Source: a virus (Duplodnaviria; Caudoviricetes). Taken from it: a DNA stretch of 55,810 nt. Made by a program: the position numbers and the translations under genes. Below the pieces are notes generated by a model. That model ran no database searches and was not told the DNA's origin. It worked only from the letters and a program-made list of their open reading frames with translations. This document shows positions 17,072-26,902 of this stretch, piece after piece. Position 1 is the stretch's first letter, and every line of letters starts with the position of its first letter. Where the stretch lies: IMG/VR virus record IMGVR_UViG_3300042475_004921, positions 1 through 55,810 of that record, one strand, 5' to 3'.

Positions 17072-17820
17072 CCATTTCTATAAATCACTGTTAACGAGCC
17101 ATAATTATAAGCTAAAGTTGCACTATCTTTTCCGTCAATCGTATCGGTTCCAGATGGAATTAAAACTATGTAACGATTGGGACCATTAGAAGCCTGGCCC
17201 AATTCATCTTTGATGACATAACAAGTTCCATCCTCAATATTAATAGGAAGATTAATCGTCACAGAACCTGGATAATTGACTCCAATATAATAATCGGTTT
17301 TTTGAATATTATAAACATTTGAAGTTACGCTTATGGTTGAATATCTAACTCCACTACTTCCTGGGTCTGCTCCTTCCCACTTTTTTGTGTCGTTATTATA
17401 CCTTAAAAACTTATTATTAGTTTTTACAGAATTTCTGTCTACATCATCTAGGAACTCTAGGCGGGTTTCGCCTCCTCCACCAAGAGTTGAGAGCTGCTGT
17501 TGTATTCTTGCTAAAAATAACTGATAATGCTTTTGAAAAGCATCAACAGTCATAAAAGTTTGATCTAGAGGTGTTAATGGATCTTTATTTTTTACTTTGG
17601 TCGGCTCGGCAATAAGACCCAAAGAATTTTCGTGCAAAGATTGGCTTTCAACTTTAGCTGTAGAACTTAAGACTTTAGCTTTTCTTTTTGGTTTAATTTC
17701 TTCATTTAATGGTTTGACGAAAAAATCATCAAAAGAAGTAGAAATTATTTCTTCTACTTCTTGTTGTTGTATTTTCTTTTCTCTACTTACGGCCTCAAAA
17801 AATTCTTTGAGGTCTTTCAT
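17056..17820 (-). CDS. Putative structural protein with a C-terminal gp9/gp10-like beta domain
   Basis: QQQLSTLGGGGETRLEFLDDVD linker; DYYIGVNY.G.VTINLP...YVIKDE.G...TIDG...GSLTVIY.NGW. Confidence 0.65.
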   Translation of the reverse strand: MKDLKEFFEAVSREKKIQQQEVEEIISTSFDDFFVKPLNEEIKPKRKAKVLSSTAKVESQSLHENSLGLIAEPTKVKNKDPLTPLDQTFMTVDAFQKHYQLFLARIQQQLSTLGGGGETRLEFLDDVDRNSVKTNNKFLRYNNDTKKWEGADPGSSGVRYSTISVTSNVYNIQKTDYYIGVNYPGSVTINLPINIEDGTCYVIKDELGQASNGPNRYIVLIPSGTDTIDGKDSATLAYNYGSLTVIYRNGWRII

Positions 17821-17978
17821 TCATCTTCAGAGCCGTTAAATAATGATGCAGATACTTCGGGAACCAATTCATCAATCTTATCTAGGGCCTTTCCGGATAG
17901 AATTTGTTTAATTCTATCACTAATTTGAGCCTGTGAATCATCGGCTGCAATTAAATCAAGCAAATCTTGTTCGTCCAT
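17817..17978 (-). CDS. Small acidic prohead core protein, gp67-like (53 aa, not in ORF track)
   Basis: MDEQDLLDLIAADDSQAQISDRIKQILSGKALDKIDELVPEVSASLFNGSEDE; directly after gp20; own late promoter; ATGA overlap with next gene. Confidence 0.8.
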   Translation of the reverse strand: MDEQDLLDLIAADDSQAQISDRIKQILSGKALDKIDELVPEVSASLFNGSEDE

Positions 17979-18000
17979 TTTGTTATATAATAACTAAGTC

Positions 18001-18007
18001 TATTTAG
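18001..18007 (-). promoter_or_regulatory. Late promoter (CTAAATA) overlapping the gp20 stop codon
   Basis: TATTTAG on plus strand. Confidence 0.6.
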
Positions 18008-19710
18008 ATTTCTCCTCCCTTGGGCATTTTTGGTTCAATGGGAACTTTGCCAGATTGACCCTTTATATTATTTCCGGCCTGTGAGGCCACTACAGGGGCT
18101 TCTGGAGGGCTTACAGGGGCTTCCTGGGGTGCCATATTAGGATCTAACGGTAAACCAGTTTCGGGATCAATCGGGGCATTTGGATCTGGAATAATTCCAT
18201 CCTTTATCTCCTTACTAATAATCTCATCTTGCTCAATAATTTCTTCATCAGTCTGACGAAGAATTTTCCGGCGTAGATAATCTTGCGAGAAATATCTTCC
18301 AACATAAGGTTCTGCCATAGTTACCATATTGAGCCGTTCAGTAAATAGCTCAGATTCCTTAAGTTCGGCAAAGTGATTATCGTATAGGAAATCAAACTGA
18401 ATGTGTTCAGCCATCTTTTTCCAATCTTCTGGTGTCACAATATTCTTTAGTTGAAGTTGTGTACCCAAAAGATCAATAAAAAGTTGAGAAAATCTCTTGC
18501 GCAGTCTCCCCACAAATTTTGTAAATTTAACTTCATCTCTTAGAATTTCAGTTGAACGTCCCAGATTAAAACCGCTATCTCCGCCGATTCTAGTTTCAGG
18601 TACGTTTAGCGACTTATAGAGATTTCTTTTGAAATATTCCAAATCGGTTAATTCGCCGAGATTGCTGCCCGCAGGTAAGGTATCAACTTCAGTGCCTCTA
18701 CCGCCTTCGCGTCTTGCAAACCAATAATCTTCCATAAGACTCATAAACTTACGGGAAGAATCAACTTCACCCGTAATATTATTATAGTTCATCTTATTAC
18801 GATACCTTAACATAACTTCACGCAGGTATTGTTCGGCCTTAGGCTTTGGCATATTGCCTACGTCAATATAGAAGATTCTCTTTTCTGTGCTTCTACTAAG
18901 ACGATAAATTACAATACTATCTTCAATCATTCTGAGCTGATTGAGAATCTTAATTGCCTTATTGAGATAAGAAAGTGTGGTTCCTTTATTGCGATCAACT
19001 AAACCTGATGTGCAATATGCAATGGATTCTTTCGTGAATCTAATTCCCTTTTCTGCTCCGGCTGACATATCTGCAGAGCCAACAGGATAGGTTTGCTTAG
19101 GATTATAAACAAAATATTCTTCCAGTTCTGGAAATGCCATTTCATTTGGATTTTGGTCTCCATATATTTTTGGAGCCATATTATCACGCTTTTGCTTTTT
19201 GGCTTGTCTTACAAAACGAATCTTCATGGAATCAACATACCTAAGGTCTTGAATTCCTTCAAGAGGTTTCTTGAAGTCAATTAGCTTATGATAATGTAAC
19301 CTGCCGTCAATATACCAATTTCTAAATATTTCGTGAGACTTTTTATCAAAATCTAACATCTCAAGAATATGCTTAAACTCTCTACGAATTGAGGTTTTTA
19401 TGCCGTCACTGGCACTAAGATTTGATAATTCAATTTCAACCGGAGAATCATTAGTATCTGAGACAATCGCCTCATTTACAATATCTTCAATTGCAGTATC
19501 AACCTCGTGATGAAGTGACATTTCACGATACCGCTTGATTAAGTCAAATTCGGTTCGGTAGACACCTTCAATGTCTACATAAGAACCAAAAAAGCCAGTA
19601 GTCAAATAATGATCAGAGCCGTCATCATTATTTGGTGGTACTGGCGATTGTAGATCTTTTATTAATTTCTTAGATTCATCTTCAATAGAAAAACCAAATA
19701 ATTTAGCCAT
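18004..19710 (-). CDS. gp20: Portal vertex protein
   Basis: MAKLFGFSI, FRNWYIDGR, NQLRMIED, RIFYIDVGN, RREGGRGTE, EILRDEVKFTKF. Confidence 0.98.
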   Translation of the reverse strand: MAKLFGFSIEDESKKLIKDLQSPVPPNNDDGSDHYLTTGFFGSYVDIEGVYRTEFDLIKRYREMSLHHEVDTAIEDIVNEAIVSDTNDSPVEIELSNLSASDGIKTSIRREFKHILEMLDFDKKSHEIFRNWYIDGRLHYHKLIDFKKPLEGIQDLRYVDSMKIRFVRQAKKQKRDNMAPKIYGDQNPNEMAFPELEEYFVYNPKQTYPVGSADMSAGAEKGIRFTKESIAYCTSGLVDRNKGTTLSYLNKAIKILNQLRMIEDSIVIYRLSRSTEKRIFYIDVGNMPKPKAEQYLREVMLRYRNKMNYNNITGEVDSSRKFMSLMEDYWFARREGGRGTEVDTLPAGSNLGELTDLEYFKRNLYKSLNVPETRIGGDSGFNLGRSTEILRDEVKFTKFVGRLRKRFSQLFIDLLGTQLQLKNIVTPEDWKKMAEHIQFDFLYDNHFAELKESELFTERLNMVTMAEPYVGRYFSQDYLRRKILRQTDEEIIEQDEIISKEIKDGIIPDPNAPIDPETGLPLDPNMAPQEAPVSPPEAPVVASQAGNNIKGQSGKVPIEPKMPKGGEI

Positions 19711-19734
19711 TATTAATTAATAATTTAACTGACC

Positions 19735-19741
19735 TATTTAG
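19735..19741 (-). promoter_or_regulatory. Late promoter (CTAAATA) for gp20
   Basis: TATTTAG on plus strand in the intergenic gap. Confidence 0.6.
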
Positions 19742-19742
19742 C

Positions 19743-20369
19743 TTAGGTGATTGGAGAATTTACCTGATCAGTGATTCCGGTTGCATTTCCTGCGGTCCAG
19801 TGAGTCATATGAAATTCTACAGTAAAAGTTTGAATCTGATCAGTAGAATCCCAGTTTAAATCAATAGGACTCAGATTTGATGGCCAGGCATTATGAAGAA
19901 CATATGTACGGATGGGTCTAAAAGTTGAGCCGCTAGTTGCATTAGAAATAGTTGACGATTCAATACCGGTATCATAACCACGACCCAATTGTTTAACGTG
20001 AATAGCATTTGCCATATAAGAATCTGGCCGAGTTACGCCGGTTCCAGTTTCCATACGGTTAATTGCATTTGACCATGCCTCAAATGCAGTACGAATTTTG
20101 AAATTTTCGTCGTTCATAATTGTAACAGTCCAAGGATCGTAAGTTCTGTCTCCTGGGACTTTGAGGATTCTGCCTCTAAAATTGACATCCACTGGATTTA
20201 CATTAGATGCCGGAATTGCGCCACCTTTAGCCATAAATGTAAAGGTTTCATTGTCCCAACCGGGAACAATAGTGGGAAATGCCGGAATACTAAGTTCAAA
20301 TAGATTAGCTCGGGCTCCTCCACCAGCAAGTTTGGATTTAAATGCGGTAATCGTTTTTAGTGTTGCCAT
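19743..20369 (-). CDS. gp19: Tail tube protein
   Basis: GGGARANLF, FRGRILKVPGDRTYDPWTVT, FEAW, WPS. Confidence 0.96.
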   Translation of the reverse strand: MATLKTITAFKSKLAGGGARANLFELSIPAFPTIVPGWDNETFTFMAKGGAIPASNVNPVDVNFRGRILKVPGDRTYDPWTVTIMNDENFKIRTAFEAWSNAINRMETGTGVTRPDSYMANAIHVKQLGRGYDTGIESSTISNATSGSTFRPIRTYVLHNAWPSNLSPIDLNWDSTDQIQTFTVEFHMTHWTAGNATGITDQVNSPIT

Positions 20370-20409
20370 TTTAGTTCTTAAACCTCTGTGTTAATGTTGT
20401 ATTGATAAA

Positions 20410-22575
20410 TCAGGCTCGACCAATCACTTCGTCAAAACTTACTCCATTGCGGGTGGCAACGAAAGTAAGAGTGACGTAGTTGGTTGATTTAACCGGTTTT
20501 AGATAAATATCAGCCCGGAACTCGTTATTATCAATTACAGCATCGGTATTGTTACTGGTATCACAGATAACCCGGAAATCATAAACACCACCTTTAGCTT
20601 GAATGTCTCTTAGGTAGGGTTCAACAATATTGATAAAGTTTGAGCGGGTTTGTTCGGTATTATTTTCAAATAGAGTTGCATTGGCAGTGGAGCCAAGAGC
20701 TTGTTCAACAGTAAGAAAGAGTCTACGAACATTAATTCTATCAAATGCAGAGGCATAACCAAGAGCAGTCTTGTCGCCCCATAAAGTAGGCCCGAAACCT
20801 GGAAGATTTACAACAGCATTTACACGAGCTGGGTATAGACGATCTCTTTGACTATTATCGGGACTATATGCTAGATTGATTGCTCCATTAAGAACTCCAC
20901 GTTGTTGTCCAGCAGGAGAGTTCCATGGGTAAGCAATAATGCTAGTACGGATCATTAGACCGGCAATATCCGGATTGCATGGAATATAGCGATAACGATT
21001 ATTAAAGCGGTCAAAGACATACTTATAACCAGAATCAAACACTGCAAATGAAGAACTGGATAGAGATGTAAAGAACTCAATAACATTATTGGTCTGAGCT
21101 TCTGTGTCGGTTAGACCAACAACATCGGTTCTATGTGGAGAAATCGTTGCAATGCAATCTTTTCTTTGATTAGCGAGTGAAATGAGTTGGTTTGCCTTGG
21201 CCTGTGAATCAATCTTATTGATATATCCTGGACCCATAATCAAATAGTCCAAGGGATACTTATCCTTATTGGCGAATAGTTGATAACCCGAAATAATTTC
21301 AGCCAAAGTTGGCAACATTCCACCATTATCCCCGTAATCTTTACCACCCAAAAGTGAAAAGACTGAATTTCCAATAGAGCTGAAAGTTTTACTTTGAGTG
21401 GGACCATTCCACAAGCCTTCGGCCACGGTTAGTTTTGTGAACCCCGTGCTAAATCCAGTAGGATAAACGGTTTCATTGTTACTATTATCAGAAGGATTGT
21501 CTCCAACATAAACATATGCAGAATTAGCTGCAATATAATCTTTCCAGAAAATACTTTGAGGGGCATTTACAGTAGAACGTGCATCAATAGCCTTGGAAAG
21601 ATTTAGATGCTTCTCTAGCAAATTACCTTGAATACCAGTAATGTTACCAGTGTCGTCAACAACTACAATGTGAATTGCATCATTTTTACTATTTCTATCT
21701 AAAGAATATTGATTAGTAGACGGCTTAGCTGCAATAGACTTCCAGTAAATTGTGCTGTTAGTGAGAGGAATCACCTGCTCATTATACCAATCTTTGACAT
21801 CAGTAACAGTGGCAGTTGTAACATTGGCACCACTATTGTTTATAATTCTGACAACGTTTGTGGCTAAAAATGAGCGTAGTTGAGAGCGTTCTGCATAGTT
21901 TACTTTGGTTTCAACGTTGGCCGAATCAACAACGGAAACAATTTTTACATCAACTGTACTATTTCCAATACCGGTAACAATTGACTTGAGGTAACCGTTG
22001 AAAAGGGTAGTGGAACCGATACCAGCAGATGGCTGATTTACTAGAGGTGTGGTAATACCAAATCCAGCAACAACTTGAGTGGCCGCAGCACCAACCGTAA
22101 GAATTTGATCAGCCTTATCGTCAATAATTGCAACCTTTAGATTATTTGCCCATTCACCTGGAGTCTTGGCTGCAAAAATATATGTCTTTACGTCATCAGT
22201 GTGATTGAGACTGTAATCTTGGAAGTTTTTAATTTTTAGGTCAGCTTGACCGACAGTTGAAACGCCAGCATTATCGTGCCTAGAATTGGCATTGACTAAA
22301 TTGCCACCATTGCTCCGGATGACGTTTAGTGTTCCACCATAAGAGAGAAAAGAAGCCGCTGATAGCCAATACTCATATTGAGCATCTGTATTCTGAGGTT
22401 TACCGAAAACGTTAATTAAATCCTGCTCGGTTCTAACATTTACGGCTTCCTCTACTGGGCCAATACTAAAAGGACCGACGATTGCTCCAATATTGTCAAC
22501 AATATTATCTACCCGTCCAACAGTTTGGTCAACTTCTCTAATGATATATCCGGGTGATAGCTGCGGAGTCGCCAT
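20410..22575 (-). CDS. gp18: Tail sheath protein
   Basis: LSPG..IREVD, RKDCIATISP, DSGYKY, SPAG..RG, WGDKT, SAFDRINVRRLF. Confidence 0.98.
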   Translation of the reverse strand: MATPQLSPGYIIREVDQTVGRVDNIVDNIGAIVGPFSIGPVEEAVNVRTEQDLINVFGKPQNTDAQYEYWLSAASFLSYGGTLNVIRSNGGNLVNANSRHDNAGVSTVGQADLKIKNFQDYSLNHTDDVKTYIFAAKTPGEWANNLKVAIIDDKADQILTVGAAATQVVAGFGITTPLVNQPSAGIGSTTLFNGYLKSIVTGIGNSTVDVKIVSVVDSANVETKVNYAERSQLRSFLATNVVRIINNSGANVTTATVTDVKDWYNEQVIPLTNSTIYWKSIAAKPSTNQYSLDRNSKNDAIHIVVVDDTGNITGIQGNLLEKHLNLSKAIDARSTVNAPQSIFWKDYIAANSAYVYVGDNPSDNSNNETVYPTGFSTGFTKLTVAEGLWNGPTQSKTFSSIGNSVFSLLGGKDYGDNGGMLPTLAEIISGYQLFANKDKYPLDYLIMGPGYINKIDSQAKANQLISLANQRKDCIATISPHRTDVVGLTDTEAQTNNVIEFFTSLSSSSFAVFDSGYKYVFDRFNNRYRYIPCNPDIAGLMIRTSIIAYPWNSPAGQQRGVLNGAINLAYSPDNSQRDRLYPARVNAVVNLPGFGPTLWGDKTALGYASAFDRINVRRLFLTVEQALGSTANATLFENNTEQTRSNFINIVEPYLRDIQAKGGVYDFRVICDTSNNTDAVIDNNEFRADIYLKPVKSTNYVTLTFVATRNGVSFDEVIGRA

Positions 22576-22604
22576 ATTTTATGCCTGTCATTAAGTCTTA
22601 TTAG

Positions 22605-22612
22605 TATTTATA
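22605..22612 (-). promoter_or_regulatory. Late promoter TATAAATA for gp18
   Basis: Exact consensus 29 nt upstream of the gp18 ATG. Confidence 0.75.
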
Positions 22613-22634
22613 TTATTGTTCATTTGAGTGTTAT

Positions 22635-25310
22635 TTAATAGTTATATTCCCAGAAATAAGAAGCTGCATCATCATTATCAGCAGTAAACCATACGTTTCC
22701 ATCCACATCGGTTGTTCCATCCTTTGCAAGAGAAAGGTATCTTTCGGTTATTTCCGGTAAAGGTTCGGCTGCGGGGGCAAACCCAAATGGTAAGCCTTCA
22801 TTTTCCTCCATCTCTCTTTCGTGTTCTTCTCTTATATGTTTACGAATATCAGTCTCGGTCATTTCTTTGAAATATTCTTGGGTGATAATCCAAGAGAATA
22901 GAACAAGACAAGACACTAGATCATCGTTTTTACCTTCTTCTGCACTAAAGCTATTGTATCTTGAAACATATGTTGTAAGCTCTCCGTAAATATCAAAATC
23001 TCTAATGATCAATTTATCTTCTTCAATAAATTGCTTAAGATTCATACAGCCTTTACTTTTTGCCGGCTTTGACATCTTAATACCATATTTGACACCCTTA
23101 CCTGAAAAATTTTGGCCGGCAACTTGACCACCTCTGCCCAAAGTTTTAGTTTGAATTACGTTCGGATAACCATATTCATTATGTAAAATATCGGCAACGT
23201 GTGCATCATTATTAACTTCACATAAAATGTACGCATCGTTATATGCTCTTGCGACAGGTTCAATAACATCGGGGAATCTTAGAGCGGGAATGTTATTATT
23301 TCTATACTTAGCAACAACTTTATACGGAATTTGTGTGGCATCAAAAACGATAAAGGCCGAATAGTCCAATTCAACGCCTTGGGCAATATCTACCGTTATT
23401 ACATAAATTCTATCGGGTTGGGGCTCATCGTAAACATCCAATAATTCTTGACTTCTTATTGGCTGGTCTATCACGATGTTGGATAGTTTTACGCCACTAA
23501 TGAGAGTATCTGAAGATCCCAGAAATGCACATTCAAATTCGGCGTCCCATTTAGTTTGACCAATGTTGGCGATAGTTTCTTCTTTAAAGCGTTGGTCTCT
23601 TCCTGGAATTTCATCCCAATAAACTCGTGTTGGAACATATTTATTTTTCCCCTTTATTGCATCATCCCACATCTTGTAGAAATGATTCATACCAAAAGGG
23701 GTGCTAACTATTATAACCTTTGAGTCTTTACCTGACGTAATAGTCGGATATACCGAACTCATAAAGTTATCCGCCACCTGCTGGGGCACGAAAGCAAATT
23801 CATCGAGAAAGATAATGTTATAGCTACCACCTCTAACAGATGATGCTGAAGTTGAGGCCGCAAAAATTTTGGAACCGTTTTCTATTTCCAATGATCCTTT
23901 ATTCCATGAACACACTCCTTGTTGCAACCATTTGGGGAGGTTTTCGTACCCTGTTTGCAATCTATTAAGAAGGTCTCTTGCAGTGTTCGCCTTGTTTGCA
24001 AGAACGGCAATATTTACGTTGTCGTTAAAAATTGCATAATGAAGAAGATATGATACTACGGTAGTTGAGTTGTGTGTTGGGATAAATGTTTTTCCACACA
24101 AAAATAAATGGTCATCACTATCAACCTGGATACATGCAACTGGAACACTTTCCACCTTTTTAATGGAATGTATATAGTGCCTTTTATCCTGGGGCCTAGT
24201 ATTTCTAGTTTTGTTAATTACATCTATTTTTCGGGGTAAATTGAAAACTATTTCTTCAGTTGTAAAAGAAACAGTGTAATATTCAACGCCTTTAGTATAT
24301 TTACTTCTTATATTTGATTTAATGCCAATAGTGGAAAGAAGTTCCACAAATTGAGTAATAAAACTATAGTTTTTTTGATAAAATTCGAAGGCTCTACTGT
24401 TACGTTTCACAGACCCATCCGAATCCATTAGACCGCGAAGAAGATTTAATCTATCTTCATGTGAAGATCTCAAATATTCTTGGGGGATGTGTTTATTTTT
24501 TATTAAATTGTATTCCTTCAATTTGGCTTGTAGATCTTTAATTTTGAAAATTATACAATTATCAATTTCTATCTCAGTTTCAACTTCTATCTTAGTTTTG
24601 TAATAATTATAGTCGTCTTTATGTGCAACAATTTTGCCTGTATGAGAATAACCATCTCCCAACCATAAACCGAGAAGATATGGATCAATTTTTAAATCTT
24701 TTGAAGGCAGTTCAATAGATTTTGAAGTTTCAATATATAATGAACCTTGAACACCTTTTCCTCTTTTATTATCAGTTTTTTTCTCGTAAATTCCACATAT
24801 TTCTTCCGTTGTAATGACTTTTTTCCCGGTGCTCCAATAGGATGAATTTACTTCCCATAAATGTCCGGCATCGGCTGTAATTTTTTCGCTGTTATCAAAG
24901 GTAATTTCATAACAATCATGTTCATACATCGTTTCAGTCTTAGAAATAACTGGAACAATTTTACCGGTTGGGGAAAAAATTTTATCACCAACTGTAATAT
25001 CACCCATTGTTGTCCAACCATTTGGTGTTGGTATCGGAGTGGTTAATTGTAAAGATTTTCCACTTTGTCGAGAAAGCATGGCGATATTAAAACGGTTATT
25101 CTGAAAGGACTGCATTAGTCTTTCCTGAAATGGAAACATCTCAAAAGGCTGTAACCCGTGGTCAAGGGTTACAATTTTCATATAATTCCTTGCAAAATAA
25201 ACGGGATCTAGAGAACATTTGGTCAATTCCCCCAACTGTTCTACGGTGAGATTAACTCTAGTGTTTGCTTTCTTTAAGAGCGGATTACCAAGATAATGTT
25301 CTTCAGCCAT
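22635..25310 (-). CDS. gp17: Terminase large subunit containing an intein (562 aa after splicing)
   Basis: YLGNPLLK, Walker A SRQSGK/STT split by the insert, Walker B IIFLDEFAF, IIVSTP, NDDLV. Confidence 0.98.
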   Translation of the reverse strand: MAEEHYLGNPLLKKANTRVNLTVEQLGELTKCSLDPVYFARNYMKIVTLDHGLQPFEMFPFQERLMQSFQNNRFNIAMLSRQSGKSLQLTTPIPTPNGWTTMGDITVGDKIFSPTGKIVPVISKTETMYEHDCYEITFDNSEKITADAGHLWEVNSSYWSTGKKVITTEEICGIYEKKTDNKRGKGVQGSLYIETSKSIELPSKDLKIDPYLLGLWLGDGYSHTGKIVAHKDDYNYYKTKIEVETEIEIDNCIIFKIKDLQAKLKEYNLIKNKHIPQEYLRSSHEDRLNLLRGLMDSDGSVKRNSRAFEFYQKNYSFITQFVELLSTIGIKSNIRSKYTKGVEYYTVSFTTEEIVFNLPRKIDVINKTRNTRPQDKRHYIHSIKKVESVPVACIQVDSDDHLFLCGKTFIPTHNSTTVVSYLLHYAIFNDNVNIAVLANKANTARDLLNRLQTGYENLPKWLQQGVCSWNKGSLEIENGSKIFAASTSASSVRGGSYNIIFLDEFAFVPQQVADNFMSSVYPTITSGKDSKVIIVSTPFGMNHFYKMWDDAIKGKNKYVPTRVYWDEIPGRDQRFKEETIANIGQTKWDAEFECAFLGSSDTLISGVKLSNIVIDQPIRSQELLDVYDEPQPDRIYVITVDIAQGVELDYSAFIVFDATQIPYKVVAKYRNNNIPALRFPDVIEPVARAYNDAYILCEVNNDAHVADILHNEYGYPNVIQTKTLGRGGQVAGQNFSGKGVKYGIKMSKPAKSKGCMNLKQFIEEDKLIIRDFDIYGELTTYVSRYNSFSAEEGKNDDLVSCLVLFSWIITQEYFKEMTETDIRKHIREEHEREMEENEGLPFGFAPAAEPLPEITERYLSLAKDGTTDVDGNVWFTADNDDAASYFWEYNY
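24069..25055 (-). mobile_element. 329-aa intein with LAGLIDADG homing endonuclease
   Basis: Starts SLQLTTPIPTPNGW after GK; block B TADAGHLW; YLLGLWLGDG and LLRGLMDSDG; ends IPTHN followed by Ser+1. Confidence 0.95.
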
Positions 25311-25332
25311 AATAAGTGAAATTATTGTATGC

Positions 25333-25339
25333 TATTTAT
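25333..25339 (-). promoter_or_regulatory. Late promoter (ATAAATA) for gp17
   Basis: TATTTAT on plus strand, 22 nt upstream of the ATG. Confidence 0.55.
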
Positions 25340-26871
25340 CAGCACTTCCAACGGCGTCTCGCTGCTCTTCCCCTCGCACGGTTCCAACCTCTAGAACGAC
25401 TACAAAATCTCTTACGACGTTTTGCTGCCTCACTTCCAGGTTTAACATCTCCGGTTACAGGTGCCTTAAGATTAGAACCGGTTTCCCTATTATAACGGTC
25501 CCGCCCTTTTTGGGTTAACCCCCCGCCTCTTGATACTGGAAGTTTTTCACCCCTACCTACAGATAGACTCGGCCCCTCTTCCCTTAAACTATTACGTTTT
25601 TTATCAAATAACTTATCATCATTTCTCAGCTTGGTTACAGTTTTATTATCTTCACTATTTTCCCATGGGCAAGGCTTATATTTTGGCTCTTCTGGTTCTT
25701 TAGGTTGAGTTTCCTTTGACTTTCTAGAATTTTCAATGCGCTCTTTTCTTTTCGCGGTTTCTCGTTCTATTCGCCTCTTGTTTAAATTATCTCTAATTCC
25801 ATCTAAGATTCCTTCATCTATAATATCCGCCTCTTCGCCAATCGTTTTATTATTGAGTAGATAATTTTTTGATTGCTTACTTGGAACTTGAATTAGGGGT
25901 TGGCCAACATTTTGACTACCCAATTTGTAGTTTAATACCTTTGCGTCAGGATAAACCTTAAGAATGGCATCTGTAACCTCTCTACGATTTGGAACTCTAA
26001 CTTGAGGAAAGAATAATTGAGAAGACATTATCTTTCCTCTCCATGAGAAAAGAATCTGCATTACTTGACCATTTTGAACGGGCAGTGTGACCTCTTTAAC
26101 ACAATTTGGAACAGTTTTACCACGCTTTTTCTTGGTTCCGATCATTTCATATCCATCCCAGCAGGGATCCTTTTTCATTTTTTTGACTTCGGAAATAAAA
26201 TCAAACTGAATATCATTTAGAAGATCTGCAACTACAGTAGATTCTGATTGAGTATTCTCCATCTTCTTCAATCTACTATAATAATCGGGCTTTTCGGCAA
26301 GATGTTGTAGGGCTATTCCTTCGGCTTCTTCTTTATTAGTGGTATGCTCTTTTTCAACTTTGATACCCATCTTCAACTGGTTCTGTATTTTTTCGACAGA
26401 AACTCCATGCTTTTCGGCAATTTTTTGAACACTTCTTACGGGTTTTGAGTCAGTTTCTTTCTCTTCGGGGTTGCTTGCGTCCTCTTCATATATTGAATTT
26501 AATATTTTATCAACGACTGACTCTTTAGTAAATTTAGGTAGAAGTGGTGTATTTTTTGTCACTTTACTAATATTGGGAACAGAAGATAGCTTACTTGTTG
26601 GAATATTTCTGACCGCCTTTGTACCTGGCTTGGGTTTGGAGTTTTTATGTTCTTCTGGATTAATTTTAAAGGAGGATTCCTCTATGGGTTCACCAGTATT
26701 CATATATTGAGCGGCATCGGTTGTATAATCTGCTGCTCTGGTAATTTTGGATTGAATCCATGCGGGAATTTGTTGATCTTTGGATTTAATTTTGGATTTT
26801 AATAGTCTAATATTCTTCTCAATAGTTTCTAATTCAACATTGGACATATAACCTTCAGTATCTTTCTTCAT
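25339..26871 (-). CDS. Modular charged protein between gp16 and gp17 (DUF5661-like and DUF6321-like modules)
   Basis: PAWIQSKIT; GIKVEKEHT...IALQHL.E.PDYY; PCWDGY...VPNCV; GGLTQKGR...NLKAPV...RRKRFC...WKC. Confidence 0.7.
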   Translation of the reverse strand: MKKDTEGYMSNVELETIEKNIRLLKSKIKSKDQQIPAWIQSKITRAADYTTDAAQYMNTGEPIEESSFKINPEEHKNSKPKPGTKAVRNIPTSKLSSVPNISKVTKNTPLLPKFTKESVVDKILNSIYEEDASNPEEKETDSKPVRSVQKIAEKHGVSVEKIQNQLKMGIKVEKEHTTNKEEAEGIALQHLAEKPDYYSRLKKMENTQSESTVVADLLNDIQFDFISEVKKMKKDPCWDGYEMIGTKKKRGKTVPNCVKEVTLPVQNGQVMQILFSWRGKIMSSQLFFPQVRVPNRREVTDAILKVYPDAKVLNYKLGSQNVGQPLIQVPSKQSKNYLLNNKTIGEEADIIDEGILDGIRDNLNKRRIERETAKRKERIENSRKSKETQPKEPEEPKYKPCPWENSEDNKTVTKLRNDDKLFDKKRNSLREEGPSLSVGRGEKLPVSRGGGLTQKGRDRYNRETGSNLKAPVTGDVKPGSEAAKRRKRFCSRSRGWNRARGRAARRRWKC

Positions 26872-26902
26872 TTAATTTGAATAATAGAGAGCTTTTTAAT
26901 AT

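Noticed and set aside
9064-17820. Diversity-generating retroelement acting on the fibre-like genes
   Set aside because: No reverse transcriptase and no template/variable repeat pair seen by eye in this window; a self-alignment of the whole genome would be needed to exclude it fully
18091-18123. Direct repeat TACAGGGGCTTC x2 in the gp20 tail
   Set aside because: Short coding duplication (EAPV) in a disordered C-terminus; not an array or attachment site
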